Assembly (NCBI GenBank): GCA_017501665.1
Contig: JAFVWM010000034.1
Span: 23,963-87,962 of the forward strand
Source of the DNA: Alphaproteobacteria bacterium
GTDB lineage: Bacteria; Pseudomonadota; Alphaproteobacteria; RF32; CAG-239
Direction of reading: 5' to 3'
Length of the DNA stretch: 64,000 nt
Notes under the pieces: generated by a model
Seen by the model: the letters and a program-made list of their open reading frames with translations, nothing else
Databases searched by the model: none
What the model was told of the DNA's origin: nothing
Shown: positions 1 to 9,474 of the stretch, piece by piece
Numbering within the stretch: the stretch's first letter is position 1
How the letters are laid out: each line of letters opens with the position of its first letter
Position numbers and translations under genes: made by a program

Positions 1-565
1 GCGACACAAAAAGTTCCATAATTTCGACACTCATTTTAGTATCCAAATTTCCGGTCGGCTCATCGGCAAAAATAATCGGTGCATCATTAACAATAGCCCG
101 TGCAATTGCTACACGCTGTTGTTGTCCTCCCGAAAGCTGATTCGGCTGATGATGCATACGCTCTTTTAATCCGACTTTTTCCAATGCCTTAATTGCTTTT
201 TGCTGTCTTATCTTGGCATCTACATTAGCATAAACCATCGGAAGCTCAACATTTTCCAAAGCCGAAGTACGAGATAAAAGGTTAAACCCTTGAAAAACGA
301 ATCCTATTTTTTTGTTTCTGATTTCCGCCAATTCATCAGGATCTAATCCCTCAACCGCTTTTCCATCCAGTTTATAACTTCCGCTTGTCGGAACATCAAG
401 ACATCCCAGAATATTCATACAGGTAGATTTACCCGAGCCGGACGGCCCCATAATCGCCACAAAATCACCCTGTTCGATCTGTAAATCAATTCCTTTTAAG
501 ATTTTAAGTTCGCTATCACCGACAGGATAACTTTTGGTAATGTTCTTAAGCTCAATTAACGACAT
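1..565 (-). CDS. ABC transporter ATP-binding protein, MacB/LolD-like (N-terminal ATPase part only; the gene runs off the left window edge)
   Basis: Reverse-strand translation shows Walker [10 protein letters not shown] (~nt 430-456), ABC signature [14 protein letters not shown] (~nt 100-140) and Walker B FADEPTG (~nt 40-70). Its ATG (565-563) overlaps the stop of the upstream adaptor gene (TAATG). Confidence 0.85.
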   Translation of the reverse strand, partial: MSLIELKNITKSYPVGDSELKILKGIDLQIEQGDFVAIMGPSGSGKSTCMNILGCLDVPTSGSYKLDGKAVEGLDPDELAEIRNKKIGFVFQGFNLLSRTSALENVELPMVYANVDAKIRQQKAIKALEKVGLKERMHHQPNQLSGGQQQRVAIARAIVNDAPIIFADEPTGNLDTKMSVEIMELFVS

Positions 566-1737
566 TATCTCGGCATCCTCATTCTCATGGCACGTTGTCT
601 TTCATTAGCCTTTTTATCTTCCAAAACCACCACATCTCCGACATTTATATTATCTGATATAATTTCGCTTATTTCATCATCAGATACACCTTGTTCAATG
701 TTTACTCTAACCAACTTACCACCCTTCAAAAGCCAAATACCTTTATCTTTATAGCGAACAACTTCGCCTTTGTCATCAAAAGTATAAAAACGCAAAGCCT
801 TATTAGGAACGATTAAAACATCTTTCTTTTCTGCTGTTATAATTTCAACATTTGCCGTCATACCGGGTTTAATTTTCAGTTCTTTATTATCAACACCGAT
901 AATAACTTCATATGTTACCACATTAGATGTGGTAATCGGATTATTTCTAACTTGAGTAACCACCCCGTAAAAAACTTCATCGGGAAAACTATCGACACTA
1001 AATTCAACCTTTTGTCCCTCTTTAACTTTGGCAATATCGGCTTCTACCACCGATGCTTCTATTTGCATTTTGGTTAAATCTTCTGCCACATTAAAAAGAA
1101 CCGGAGTTTCAAAACTGGCAGCCACTGTTTGCCCCACTTCTACTTCTCGTGAAATAACCACACCGTCAACCGAAGATATAATCTTGGTATATTCCAAATC
1201 GATTTTTGCTTGTTTTAAAGTTGCCTCAGCTTGTAAAACCTGAGCTTCACGCAATGCTTTTTGAGCAATAGAATTATCATAATCACGTTGTGCCGTTTCC
1301 AGTTCTTTATCAGTAGAATATTTTGAGGTATTTAGTTTTTTTATTCTGTCTAAGTGTTTTTTATAATATACAATATCATTTTTGGTAACTTCTAATTCAG
1401 CCTTTGCAATATTCAAGGCCGCCTGCTTTTGATCAACCGAAGCTTCAAAAGTTTGCGGATCTATCACAGCTAAAAGTTGCCCTTTTTTAACATTAGAGTT
1501 AAAATCAACATATATTTCTTCAATAATTCCCGAAACTTGAGTACCTATATTCACTGTTGATATAGGATTAATAGTTCCCGAAGCAGTAATTTTTTGAACA
1601 ACGTCACCTCGTTTAACCTCAGCCGTCGTATACACAGCATCATCTTTTTTGCAACCGCCTAAACCAAAAATTATTGCCACTCCTAAAACACCAAAAAAAA
1701 CACTATATTTCAGCATATTACCCATACCAACACCCAT
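565..1737 (-). CDS. HlyD/MacA-family efflux transporter periplasmic adaptor subunit
   Basis: 390-aa ORF with an N-terminal membrane anchor or lipobox-like GLGGC. It has a barrel-sandwich, a coiled-coil hairpin (LNIAKAELEV...LKQAKIDLEYT) and a beta-barrel layout. It is coupled to the downstream ABC ATPase. Confidence 0.85.
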   Translation of the reverse strand: MGVGMGNMLKYSVFFGVLGVAIIFGLGGCKKDDAVYTTAEVKRGDVVQKITASGTINPISTVNIGTQVSGIIEEIYVDFNSNVKKGQLLAVIDPQTFEASVDQKQAALNIAKAELEVTKNDIVYYKKHLDRIKKLNTSKYSTDKELETAQRDYDNSIAQKALREAQVLQAEATLKQAKIDLEYTKIISSVDGVVISREVEVGQTVAASFETPVLFNVAEDLTKMQIEASVVEADIAKVKEGQKVEFSVDSFPDEVFYGVVTQVRNNPITTSNVVTYEVIIGVDNKELKIKPGMTANVEIITAEKKDVLIVPNKALRFYTFDDKGEVVRYKDKGIWLLKGGKLVRVNIEQGVSDDEISEIISDNINVGDVVVLEDKKANERQRAMRMRMPR

Positions 1738-1933
1738 AAAATAAAATTACTCTCACATATATAATAACGATAAATATTAAAAAAAGTTTTAAATAATTAT
1801 TGCAATATGTAACATTTATGTATATATCAACCCTTGCATATCTATTATTATATTAATTATTAATCGTCGAAATCAGTTTGTAAAAATATCAGGATATGCC
1901 ACAAACTGCCGGTAGATAATATATTTTATTATT

Positions 1934-2191
1934 ATGATCGAACTAACAAACAAAAACAAAAGTCAAATTGTTGATGACTTTAGAAAGGCTTTAAAAAATG
2001 GTTTTTCATTAAAATCCACAACTCCGATTAGAAAAAATATCGAAGGAGAAATAAAATACACAATGTGGGTCGAAGATGAAGAGAAAAATCATTTTTTGAT
2101 TTATCAAAAACCCAATGGAGATCTTAAATATCTCTCGGAAGATACTGTCAATAAAATGAGAGAAAACCACACTCTCAGTAATATAAAATAG
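1934..2191 (+). CDS. hypothetical small protein (85 aa)
   Basis: ORF only, with no recognisable motif. It is followed by a large-loop hairpin (actcggtat...ataccgagt plus a T-run, ~2216-2276) and sits just upstream of the 682-aa orphan gene. Confidence 0.4.
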   Translation: MIELTNKNKSQIVDDFRKALKNGFSLKSTTPIRKNIEGEIKYTMWVEDEEKNHFLIYQKPNGDLKYLSEDTVNKMRENHTLSNIK

Positions 2192-2347
2192 AAAATTGAC
2201 AACAATAATTAACAAAACTCGGTATAATATGAACGGTTCAGCAAAATTTGATCTTTTCATAAATACCGAGTTTTTTATTAAATATACCTTGCACAAACAA
2301 CCTCTTTATGATAATATAACTATATTGTAATAAAAGAAAGTTTTAAT

Positions 2348-4396
2348 ATGGCTATAAATTTTAATCAACCGAAATCAATATCAACCTACAATACAGAAGA
2401 TATAAAAAACTACTTTTATAACAACAACATATCTGTATTTCTTGACTCTGCATTTGAAAGAGGCCGCATCGACAAAAAAGAATATGCTTTTTTGCTTGAT
2501 TTTCTATCAACTCATAACCCTCATGAACTAACAACTCATGATATTTATAATCTTCCAAACGATAATATTTATTCCATTCAAAAATACTTCGATGAATATA
2601 ACATTGCATACATTGAAGCTGCCTATAAACAAGGAATAATAAACGATAACGAATTTAAATCATTATACAAAATATATAATGACGGAATGACTTATTATTC
2701 ACAGGTTTATGACCTGTTTCTTGAGTTGTTCGGTGACCCTAAAGAAATTAACGGACTTAATTTAGCTGATGGTAATATATCACCGGACTCACCTGAAATT
2801 TTTATTGATCAAGACGTAAGAGTACTAACCCCATTTGTTGAAACTCGTATAAAATTTAAAGACAAAGCCGGTAACAGTATATATGTTATATTTCCTAAAA
2901 TAAAAGCTGCTCATAGAGCCATAGACAAACTCACCAAAGAAATCGGCAAAAATATAAATAAAGAATTAGCTACATCTTTTGACGAATATTTAAATTGCGA
3001 AGACAGAGAAAGATTTAGTGAAATATGTGAAAAACCTTTAAAAAAGACTAAAGATAAAACTATAGAGTTACATGATATTACACGTCTTACCATAACCCGT
3101 AAATATTTATCTGGAGTAGCTCATACAACTAGTCTTATAAACAAATATGAAAAAGAGTATAACTATACAACTAGCAGTCCTCGTGATCGTTTTAACATGC
3201 CTTTATATGAAAATGGCAAATTATATTTTGATTCTAAAATAATAATAACATTACTTGACGATAATAACAAACCTTTTGATGTTGAAATAGAACTCAAAAT
3301 AGATACTTTACGTCATGCCGACAAGAGAACTCATGACAATTATGACAAATATCGAAAAATAATTGAAAGCATTAGTGAAAACGATCCTAACAGAGCAATA
3401 AAAGAAGCTCAAGCTGACGAACTTGAAAAACAAAATCGTGAAATCAACGCCAATGCTACCCATGAATATAATATGATAGTTATCGATAAAGTTCAACGCA
3501 AAATCAATACCAATTTAAAACATCGTCGTAGAAAAAAAATAAACTCTGATGATACTTATACGGAGTGCAATGAACTTATTTTTGACAGATATTTAGTTGA
3601 TTCATATGAAGCTTTCGATCCGGACAAATCTTTTAATCCCGAACATTACACAAATGGAAAACCCATTAACAAAATGTGTTTTTTAAAACTTGTAGGATTG
3701 TTACCGAAAACTTTTGATGAATTTGCCCCCGGTTCAGATAAAATAATTGAAGAAACCTTCAATTCCATTTACGACAAATCAAATCAAGAAAAATATCAAA
3801 AGTTTCATCCTATCAGAAGCCGATACAGAGAAATATTAGAAGCTTCCAGAACATACAGTAACACAATAAATACTAAAATAGTTGATAAAATCGTAAATGA
3901 CTTTGCCGAAGCCCACACTTCTTTTATTTTTGATGAAAAGACAGCCGAAAACTTAGTAAAAAATAATGATATATCTGTATATGATTCGCAAAAAATTGAA
4001 AAAGACACAAAAAAATATTTATCATTCATACCGGATCAATTACAAAATTTTGATGTTCAGGATTCTATGGGAAAAATATGTGTATTAAAAATGCTGCGAA
4101 GACTACCGAAAAACTTTCCACAACGACACAAAGATATTAAAGGCAAAGACCTCCAATCTGCACAACAAATTTATACAGATATTTTCAGCAATCCAAAAGA
4201 TAAAGATCATGCTCTTTTATCCAGATTGCTAAAAATCGCAACAAACAAAAAAGATGAAATTAGAAAATTGTCAGATGAAAAATTAAAAAATAAAATATCA
4301 CAGACCGTCAGCACCTGTAAATCTCAGGCAGACAACAAATCTTCATCTATTTCAGTGGTTCAGATTGCCGCAAAAAACAAATTACAAAAAAATTAA
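2348..4396 (+). CDS. large hypothetical protein (682 aa), Lys/Asn-rich with internal repeats; effector-like, no signal peptide
   Basis: Long uninterrupted ORF in AT-rich DNA. A module K[MI]C[FV]LK..x..LPKxF recurs about 134 aa apart (nt ~3671 and ~4072). An N-terminal motif is duplicated (AFERGRIDKKEYAFL / AYKQGIINDNEFKSL). A central segment is loosely RelA/SpoT-nucleotidyltransferase-like (see findings). Confidence 0.75.
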   Translation: MAINFNQPKSISTYNTEDIKNYFYNNNISVFLDSAFERGRIDKKEYAFLLDFLSTHNPHELTTHDIYNLPNDNIYSIQKYFDEYNIAYIEAAYKQGIINDNEFKSLYKIYNDGMTYYSQVYDLFLELFGDPKEINGLNLADGNISPDSPEIFIDQDVRVLTPFVETRIKFKDKAGNSIYVIFPKIKAAHRAIDKLTKEIGKNINKELATSFDEYLNCEDRERFSEICEKPLKKTKDKTIELHDITRLTITRKYLSGVAHTTSLINKYEKEYNYTTSSPRDRFNMPLYENGKLYFDSKIIITLLDDNNKPFDVEIELKIDTLRHADKRTHDNYDKYRKIIESISENDPNRAIKEAQADELEKQNREINANATHEYNMIVIDKVQRKINTNLKHRRRKKINSDDTYTECNELIFDRYLVDSYEAFDPDKSFNPEHYTNGKPINKMCFLKLVGLLPKTFDEFAPGSDKIIEETFNSIYDKSNQEKYQKFHPIRSRYREILEASRTYSNTINTKIVDKIVNDFAEAHTSFIFDEKTAENLVKNNDISVYDSQKIEKDTKKYLSFIPDQLQNFDVQDSMGKICVLKMLRRLPKNFPQRHKDIKGKDLQSAQQIYTDIFSNPKDKDHALLSRLLKIATNKKDEIRKLSDEKLKNKISQTVSTCKSQADNKSSSISVVQIAAKNKLQKN

Positions 4397-4401
4397 TATG
4401 G

Positions 4402-5298
4402 CTAAAATCTATATCCTCTGAGCAACTCTTCGGTTGTCATGGCTTTTTTACCTTGTCTTTGAATGAGTAAAACTTCTAAAGCTTTGCTTTTACATCCGAT
4501 AATCAAATGTTTGTTATCACTGTATAACTCTCCGGTTTTCAAACCACACTCATTTTCAACGACCTTACATTTCAACAGCTTAAATCTTTCACCCTTATGC
4601 TCAAAATATGTTGCCGGATAAGGATTAAAAGCTCTGATTTTACGTTCCAAATAAACCGCATCATTATCAAAATCAAGTTTTGATTCTTCCTTGCCAATTT
4701 TGGTCGCATAAGTAACCGAATTCTCATCTTGTTTTTCAGGTATTATATTATCCAAATCATCCAAAACTTCAATCATCAACTTAGCGCCGGCTTCGGCCAT
4801 TTTGTCATGCAAAATCCCGACCGTCATATCCTCATCTATTTCAATTTCACATTTTTTATACATATCACCGGCATCCAAAGCTTCAACAACTTGCATAATG
4901 GTAATACCTGTTTTGTCATCACCGGCTTCTATTGAACGTTGCATTGGAGCAGCACCACGCCAACGAGGCAAAAGCGAACCGTGGACATTTAAACACCCCT
5001 TTGGGAAAGCCTCAATAACTTTTTTCGGCAATATCAAACCATAAGCAGCCACAATTGAAATATCAGCATCAAGTTTTGCAAATTTTTCTTGTTCTTCTTC
5101 CCCCTTTAAAGACTTTGGAGTACGAACTTCAATTCCTTTTTCTTCTGCCCACAAATGAATTGGCGTTTTTTGAATATCTTTTCCTCTGCCGGCTTCTTTC
5201 GGTTCTTTGGTATATACACAAATAACTTCGTGTTTTTCCGCCAAAGCTTTTAATGTCGGCAAGGCAAATTCCGGTGTTCCCATAAAAACAATTTTCAT
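4402..5298 (-). CDS. fmt: methionyl-tRNA formyltransferase
   Basis: MKIVFMGTPEFALPTLKAL..., HGSLLPRWRGAAPMQRSI and a C-terminal Fmt domain. I start the gene at the ATG at 5298 behind a G-rich RBS; the 23-aa hydrophobic extension in the ORF track is probably not translated. Confidence 0.9.
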   Translation of the reverse strand: MKIVFMGTPEFALPTLKALAEKHEVICVYTKEPKEAGRGKDIQKTPIHLWAEEKGIEVRTPKSLKGEEEQEKFAKLDADISIVAAYGLILPKKVIEAFPKGCLNVHGSLLPRWRGAAPMQRSIEAGDDKTGITIMQVVEALDAGDMYKKCEIEIDEDMTVGILHDKMAEAGAKLMIEVLDDLDNIIPEKQDENSVTYATKIGKEESKLDFDNDAVYLERKIRAFNPYPATYFEHKGERFKLLKCKVVENECGLKTGELYSDNKHLIIGCKSKALEVLLIQRQGKKAMTTEELLRGYRF

Positions 5299-5419
5299 AT
5301 TATACCCCCCCCCTAAATCAATTAGATTAACAATGATAATAAAAAAAAAATTAAAATAAGCAACCATAAATAAAAAAACTTTACTTATAACAAAAAATAT
5401 GTAAGTCTGAACAGCAGAT

Positions 5420-5614
5420 ATGTAATATCATATCAAGGGCGTCAGAAACCCTTTATATTTGCAGTCATATGCACACGACTTAAAATACAGTGCCGACAAT
5501 CTGTCATCGGACGGATGTCGGTGAATAAGGTTTATACCAAATAAGCCGAGCCGTTTGCAAATATACGGTTTCTGAACATCCGCCCGCCTTTCTTTAGAAT
5601 GGTGGGTTTTGTTT
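5420..5614 (+). ncRNA. structured RNA, 6S RNA (ssrS)-like candidate; alternatively a cis-acting leader of the downstream lipoprotein gene
   Basis: A non-coding, GC-enriched island folds as one long interrupted hairpin. GGGCG (5437-5441) pairs with CGCCC (5581-5585). TCAGAAACC pairs with GGTTTCTGA, and TATATTTGCA pairs with TGCAAATATA. These stems enclose a large asymmetric internal bubble and an apical stem GCCGACA/TGTCGGT. The RNA ends in a terminator, CCCGCC-N12-GGTGGG plus a T-run (5583-5614). Confidence 0.35.
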
Positions 5615-5637
5615 AACTTTAATAAAAGGACGTTCAG

Positions 5638-6051
5638 ATGAAAAAAATATTTTTAATTATAAGTTGCGGCATTATTTCTATCTTCTTAGCATCATGTGCA
5701 ACGATAATGCGTGATAATTATCAAGCAATTCCCATCAATGCTAATACTGAAAAAGTAAATATAAAAATTACTGATAAAACAGGATCAACTGTTTTTGAAG
5801 GACAAACTCCGACAACAATTACCCTAAAAACTTCAAAAAGCGGTTACTTCAACCCTCAAAAATACACAATAACCGCCTCAAAAGACGGATATAAAACTCA
5901 AACAACCGTTATCGATTGGCACGTCAGTGGGTGGTATTATGTAGGAAACTTAGTTTTTGGAGGATTATTAGGATACTTGATTATTGATCCGATAAGTGGA
6001 GATATGTATTATTTGGATGATCAGGTTCAATTAAATATGGCACAAGATTAA
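5638..6051 (+). CDS. lipoprotein (PEGA-like beta domain plus a Gly-rich C-terminal segment)
   Basis: Signal peptide with lipobox FLASC. The sequence QTPTTITLK...YTITASKDGYKTQ resembles PEGA-type domains. RBS AAAGGA lies upstream. Confidence 0.7.
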   Translation: MKKIFLIISCGIISIFLASCATIMRDNYQAIPINANTEKVNIKITDKTGSTVFEGQTPTTITLKTSKSGYFNPQKYTITASKDGYKTQTTVIDWHVSGWYYVGNLVFGGLLGYLIIDPISGDMYYLDDQVQLNMAQD

Positions 6052-6086
6052 AAAAAACTATAGTTAATTTTTCATAATTAACTACA

Positions 6087-6119
6087 AAGGGTTATGAAAA
6101 AAAACTTTTCATAACCCTT
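6087..6119. terminator. bidirectional intrinsic terminator between the lipoprotein gene and era
   Basis: aagggttatgaaaa / ttttcataaccctt is a 14-bp perfect stem with A/T runs on both sides. Confidence 0.55.
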
Positions 6120-6147
6120 CAAAAAAAGTATAAATATCTCTAATTTC

Positions 6148-7053
6148 TTAAGCCTTAAAATCAAGTCCCCAAACAGAATATCTGCCGGCATCTTCCTGCC
6201 AATTTTCACGCACTTTTACAAACAAGAACAAATGCACTCTGTCTTCCAAAAGTTCTTCAATTTCTCTTCTTGCCGTTTGTCCGATACGTTTAATCATTGA
6301 ACCGCCCTTACCTAAAACAATAATCTTTTGATTTTCTCGTTCCACATAAATTGTAATTTCTGCTCTGACCGATCCGTCTTCGCGTCTTTCCCAAAGTTCC
6401 GGTTCAACGGTTAATGAATATGGCAACTCCTGATGCAAAAATAAAAACAATTTTTCACGCACAATCTCGGCCGCCAACAATTTTAACGGCATATCCGAAA
6501 TTTGCTCTTCCGGATAATACCAAGGGCTTTCCGGCAAATTATCAGCCAAATATTTATAAAAATCTTCAATATTTTTACCGGTCGACGCCGATATGAAAAA
6601 TGTTTCCTTAAAATCAAATTCATCATTTAAGGCCTTGCTTAAACCAAGCAAAGTATCTTTATGAACCAAATCAACTTTATTTATTGCTAAAACTGCCGTT
6701 TTTTTCTTCTTTTTTAATTTAGCAATAATACTTCTGGTTTCATCATCAAAACCTCTTTTTGCATCAACCACCAAAACCGTAATATCAGCATCATTGGCGC
6801 CATCCCAAGCCGATGTAACCATAGCTCTGTCCAATCGGCGCTTCGGCTTAAAAATACCGGGGGTATCAACAAATATAATTTGTGTATTATCTTTTATACC
6901 GATTCCTCGAACAATTGTGCGAGTGGTCTGAACTTTCGGCGAAACAATTGAAACTTTCGATCCGGCAAAATGATTGGTTATAGTTGATTTTCCGGCATTT
7001 GGCGCGCCGATTAAAGCCACAAAGCCACATCTTGTGGGTAAATTTTCACTCAA
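6148..7053 (-). CDS. era: GTPase Era
   Basis: G1 GAPNAGKST, G3 DTPG, G4 NKVD and a C-terminal KH domain. It overlaps rnc by 4 nt. Confidence 0.95.
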   Translation of the reverse strand: MSENLPTRCGFVALIGAPNAGKSTITNHFAGSKVSIVSPKVQTTRTIVRGIGIKDNTQIIFVDTPGIFKPKRRLDRAMVTSAWDGANDADITVLVVDAKRGFDDETRSIIAKLKKKKKTAVLAINKVDLVHKDTLLGLSKALNDEFDFKETFFISASTGKNIEDFYKYLADNLPESPWYYPEEQISDMPLKLLAAEIVREKLFLFLHQELPYSLTVEPELWERREDGSVRAEITIYVERENQKIIVLGKGGSMIKRIGQTARREIEELLEDRVHLFLFVKVRENWQEDAGRYSVWGLDFKA

Positions 7054-7697
7054 TTTATTTTCTCCAACATCGCTTCTGCTGCCGCCATTTCAGCGACTTT
7101 TTTATTTCTGCCTTTTGCCGTAACGCATTTACCGATACCAAGACTTACTTCAACCTCAAAAATAGGCTCGTGCTCGTTTCCTTCACGTCCGACAACTTTG
7201 TACTGTGGAACACCAAACCCCTTAACATGCGCTATTTCTTGTAGTCTTGACTTTGCATCTTTAGGCGGTGCCACATTTTTATCAATAAGTTCTCGCCAAT
7301 GTTGATTAACAAACTCAATAGAGGCATCACTACCTCCATCAACATAAATAGCACCGATTATTGCTTCACACACATCGCAAAGCACATTTACATTATTGCG
7401 TAACTCTTCATTAGCCACTTTTATAAATTCATTTAATTTTAAGCTCAAAGCAACTTCGGCAACCGTTTCTTTTCTTACCAAGCGCACAAATCTTTGCGAT
7501 AAATTTCCTTCCGATTCGTTGGGAAAAATATTATACAAAAGATGAGCCACAGCCTCACCCAAAACTCTATCCCCCAAAAACTCCAATCTTTCATAATTGG
7601 CCAAAACATCAGGATTAACACTGCCATGAGTAAGTGCTTTACTGAGTAACGTTTTATTCTTAAATTGATATTTTAATATTTGTTGCAATTCTTCCAT
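7050..7697 (-). CDS. rnc: ribonuclease III
   Basis: RNase III signature ERLEFLGDRVLG plus a C-terminal dsRBD. Confidence 0.95.
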   Translation of the reverse strand: MEELQQILKYQFKNKTLLSKALTHGSVNPDVLANYERLEFLGDRVLGEAVAHLLYNIFPNESEGNLSQRFVRLVRKETVAEVALSLKLNEFIKVANEELRNNVNVLCDVCEAIIGAIYVDGGSDASIEFVNQHWRELIDKNVAPPKDAKSRLQEIAHVKGFGVPQYKVVGREGNEHEPIFEVEVSLGIGKCVTAKGRNKKVAEMAAAEAMLEKIN

Positions 7698-7710
7698 TTG
7701 AAAAACAACC

Positions 7711-8439
7711 TTAGTCTATTTTATTAAACAATCTTGACCATCTTATTTTCTTAGGCCATGTCCAAGGCATATACCAAGCATCTTTATCATTATGTGAAAA
7801 AAACAAAAATCTGGCTTTACCTACCAAGTTTTCAAACGGTACAAAACCGACATTAACTCGGCTGTCATCAGAACGGTCACGGTTATCGCCCATCATAAAA
7901 TAATGTCCTTCAGGAACTTTTACTTCTTCAAAATCATCATTTATTTCATAATCGGATACTTCTAAAATAAAATGCTCTTTTCCCTCCGGCAAAACTTCAA
8001 TATATTGATTATATCTTTCGGCATTACCCAAACGATTCCTTATTACGAATTCTTGTTCATTTTTACGTTCAAGTTGTTTTCCGTTAATATACAAACGTCC
8101 TCTTTGTAATTTTATCATATCTCCGGGCATACCGATAACTCTTTTGATAAAATCAGTAGAATTGTCTTGAGGATTCTTAAACACAACTACATCACCGCGC
8201 ATCGGCTTATCCGTCAAAATACGACCTTCAAACAGAGGTAAGCTGAAAGGAAAAGAATGTTTGGAATAACCATAAGTATATTTAGACACAAACAAATAAT
8301 CTCCGACATACAATGTAGGATACATAGAACCTGAAGGAATCTTAAATGGTTCAAACCACAAACTCCGAATAACGACTGCTATAAGTACCGCATATATGAT
8401 GGTTTTTATGGTATCGATAAAACTCTCTTCTTTTTCCAT
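7711..8439 (-). CDS. lepB: signal peptidase I
   Basis: SGSMYPTL (catalytic Ser), KRVIGMPGD and GDNRDRSDDSR boxes. The start is set at MEKEES (8439), so it does not overlap acpS. Confidence 0.9.
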   Translation of the reverse strand: MEKEESFIDTIKTIIYAVLIAVVIRSLWFEPFKIPSGSMYPTLYVGDYLFVSKYTYGYSKHSFPFSLPLFEGRILTDKPMRGDVVVFKNPQDNSTDFIKRVIGMPGDMIKLQRGRLYINGKQLERKNEQEFVIRNRLGNAERYNQYIEVLPEGKEHFILEVSDYEINDDFEEVKVPEGHYFMMGDNRDRSDDSRVNVGFVPFENLVGKARFLFFSHNDKDAWYMPWTWPKKIRWSRLFNKID

Positions 8440-8509
8440 TACTTTTCTTTCGACCTTTGGATATTTTTGTAATTTTCGCTCATCATACAACGTTTTTATT
8501 AATAAACAA

Positions 8510-8899
8510 CTAAATTTTTTCAATAATAACAACCGCTTGAGCAAAAGGTTTGTCATCACTTAAACTAACCAAAATATTAACTTCGTTATCACCGACTTTT
8601 TCATCTAAAACTTCCTTTGCCTTACCGAAAAATTTAATTTCGGGCTTGCCCAAATAATCGTGAAAAAGTTCAATATCCGAAAACGAAATTCCTTGCACAA
8701 AACCAGTACCCAAAGCTTTTACCGCAGCCTCTTTAACAGCCCAAATCTTAGCCAATTTTAAAGTAATATCACGGCAAGATTGCAAATATTTTTTTTCTTC
8801 TTTTGTGCAAATTCTATCAATAAACGCAGTCTCATTTTTTTCCAAAACTTTTGCAATACGTTCAGTACTTACAATATCTGTTCCCAATCCTATAATCAT
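8510..8899 (-). CDS. acpS: holo-[acyl-carrier-protein] synthase
   Basis: MIIGLGTDIV...WAVKEAAVKALG is the typical AcpS 4'-phosphopantetheinyl transferase pattern. Confidence 0.9.
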   Translation of the reverse strand: MIIGLGTDIVSTERIAKVLEKNETAFIDRICTKEEKKYLQSCRDITLKLAKIWAVKEAAVKALGTGFVQGISFSDIELFHDYLGKPEIKFFGKAKEVLDEKVGDNEVNILVSLSDDKPFAQAVVIIEKI

Positions 8900-8901
8900 T
8901 T

Positions 8902-9405
8902 TCAGTCCTCACTTTTTAATAATTTTCTTCTCTTTTCCAAAATATTTTTAATCAATATATATGATAACCACCATGCTATCAAAACATACGGAACACACCC
9001 GACAATCATCGGATATAAAATCGGCCAAATATCCGACCAAAAAGCATCAAAATTCATATTTACCACCGCTTTAAACGCTTCAGAAAACAATGTTGCAAAA
9101 TCAACATCGGCTATTCCTTCATACCCTGCCCCCAACATCTTTCTTCCGGTATATAAAACCGATATCCAAATAAACGGAAACGTCCACGGATTACCCAAAG
9201 CCGTTCCCAACGCTGCCGCTACAACATTTCCTCGCATTACCCATGCCGACAACATAGCCAAAAACAAATGCGCCCCGACGAACGGAGTAAATGAAACAGC
9301 TACTCCGCAAGCTATACCCGTTGCTACAGAACTTGGTGAACCTTTCAGTTTTTTAATCTTCGCCAACCAATACCTTTTTTGTTTAATCCAATAATCACTC
9401 ATCAT
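8902..9405 (-). CDS. DUF2062-family membrane protein
   Basis: GSPSSVATGIACGVAVSFTPFVGAHLFLAM...GNPWTFPFIW. It occupies the usual position between spoT and acpS in alphaproteobacteria. Confidence 0.75.
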   Translation of the reverse strand: MMSDYWIKQKRYWLAKIKKLKGSPSSVATGIACGVAVSFTPFVGAHLFLAMLSAWVMRGNVVAAALGTALGNPWTFPFIWISVLYTGRKMLGAGYEGIADVDFATLFSEAFKAVVNMNFDAFWSDIWPILYPMIVGCVPYVLIAWWLSYILIKNILEKRRKLLKSED

Positions 9406-9474
9406 ACAATCCTCCGGCTGTTTTTATAAAAAAGATATAGCCGTTGTTGTATTTTACAATGACCGATAAGAAGA

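Noticed and set aside
5299-5367. N-terminal extensions in the ORF track for fmt (23 aa) and lepB (40 aa, 8440-8559)
   Set aside because: The internal ATGs give canonical N-termini (MKIVFMGTPEF; MEKEES plus TM). For fmt the internal ATG follows a G-rich RBS. For lepB it removes an overlap with acpS.
8780-9394. 204-aa plus-strand ORF
   Set aside because: It lies entirely antisense to the well-supported acpS and DUF2062 genes. It is low-complexity with no RBS. The same reasoning applies to the other long antisense ORFs: 24580-25113 (in prfC), 59883-60473 (in ftsZ), 54199-54642 (in fliR/flhB), 35161-35517 (in tsaC) and 30394-30753.
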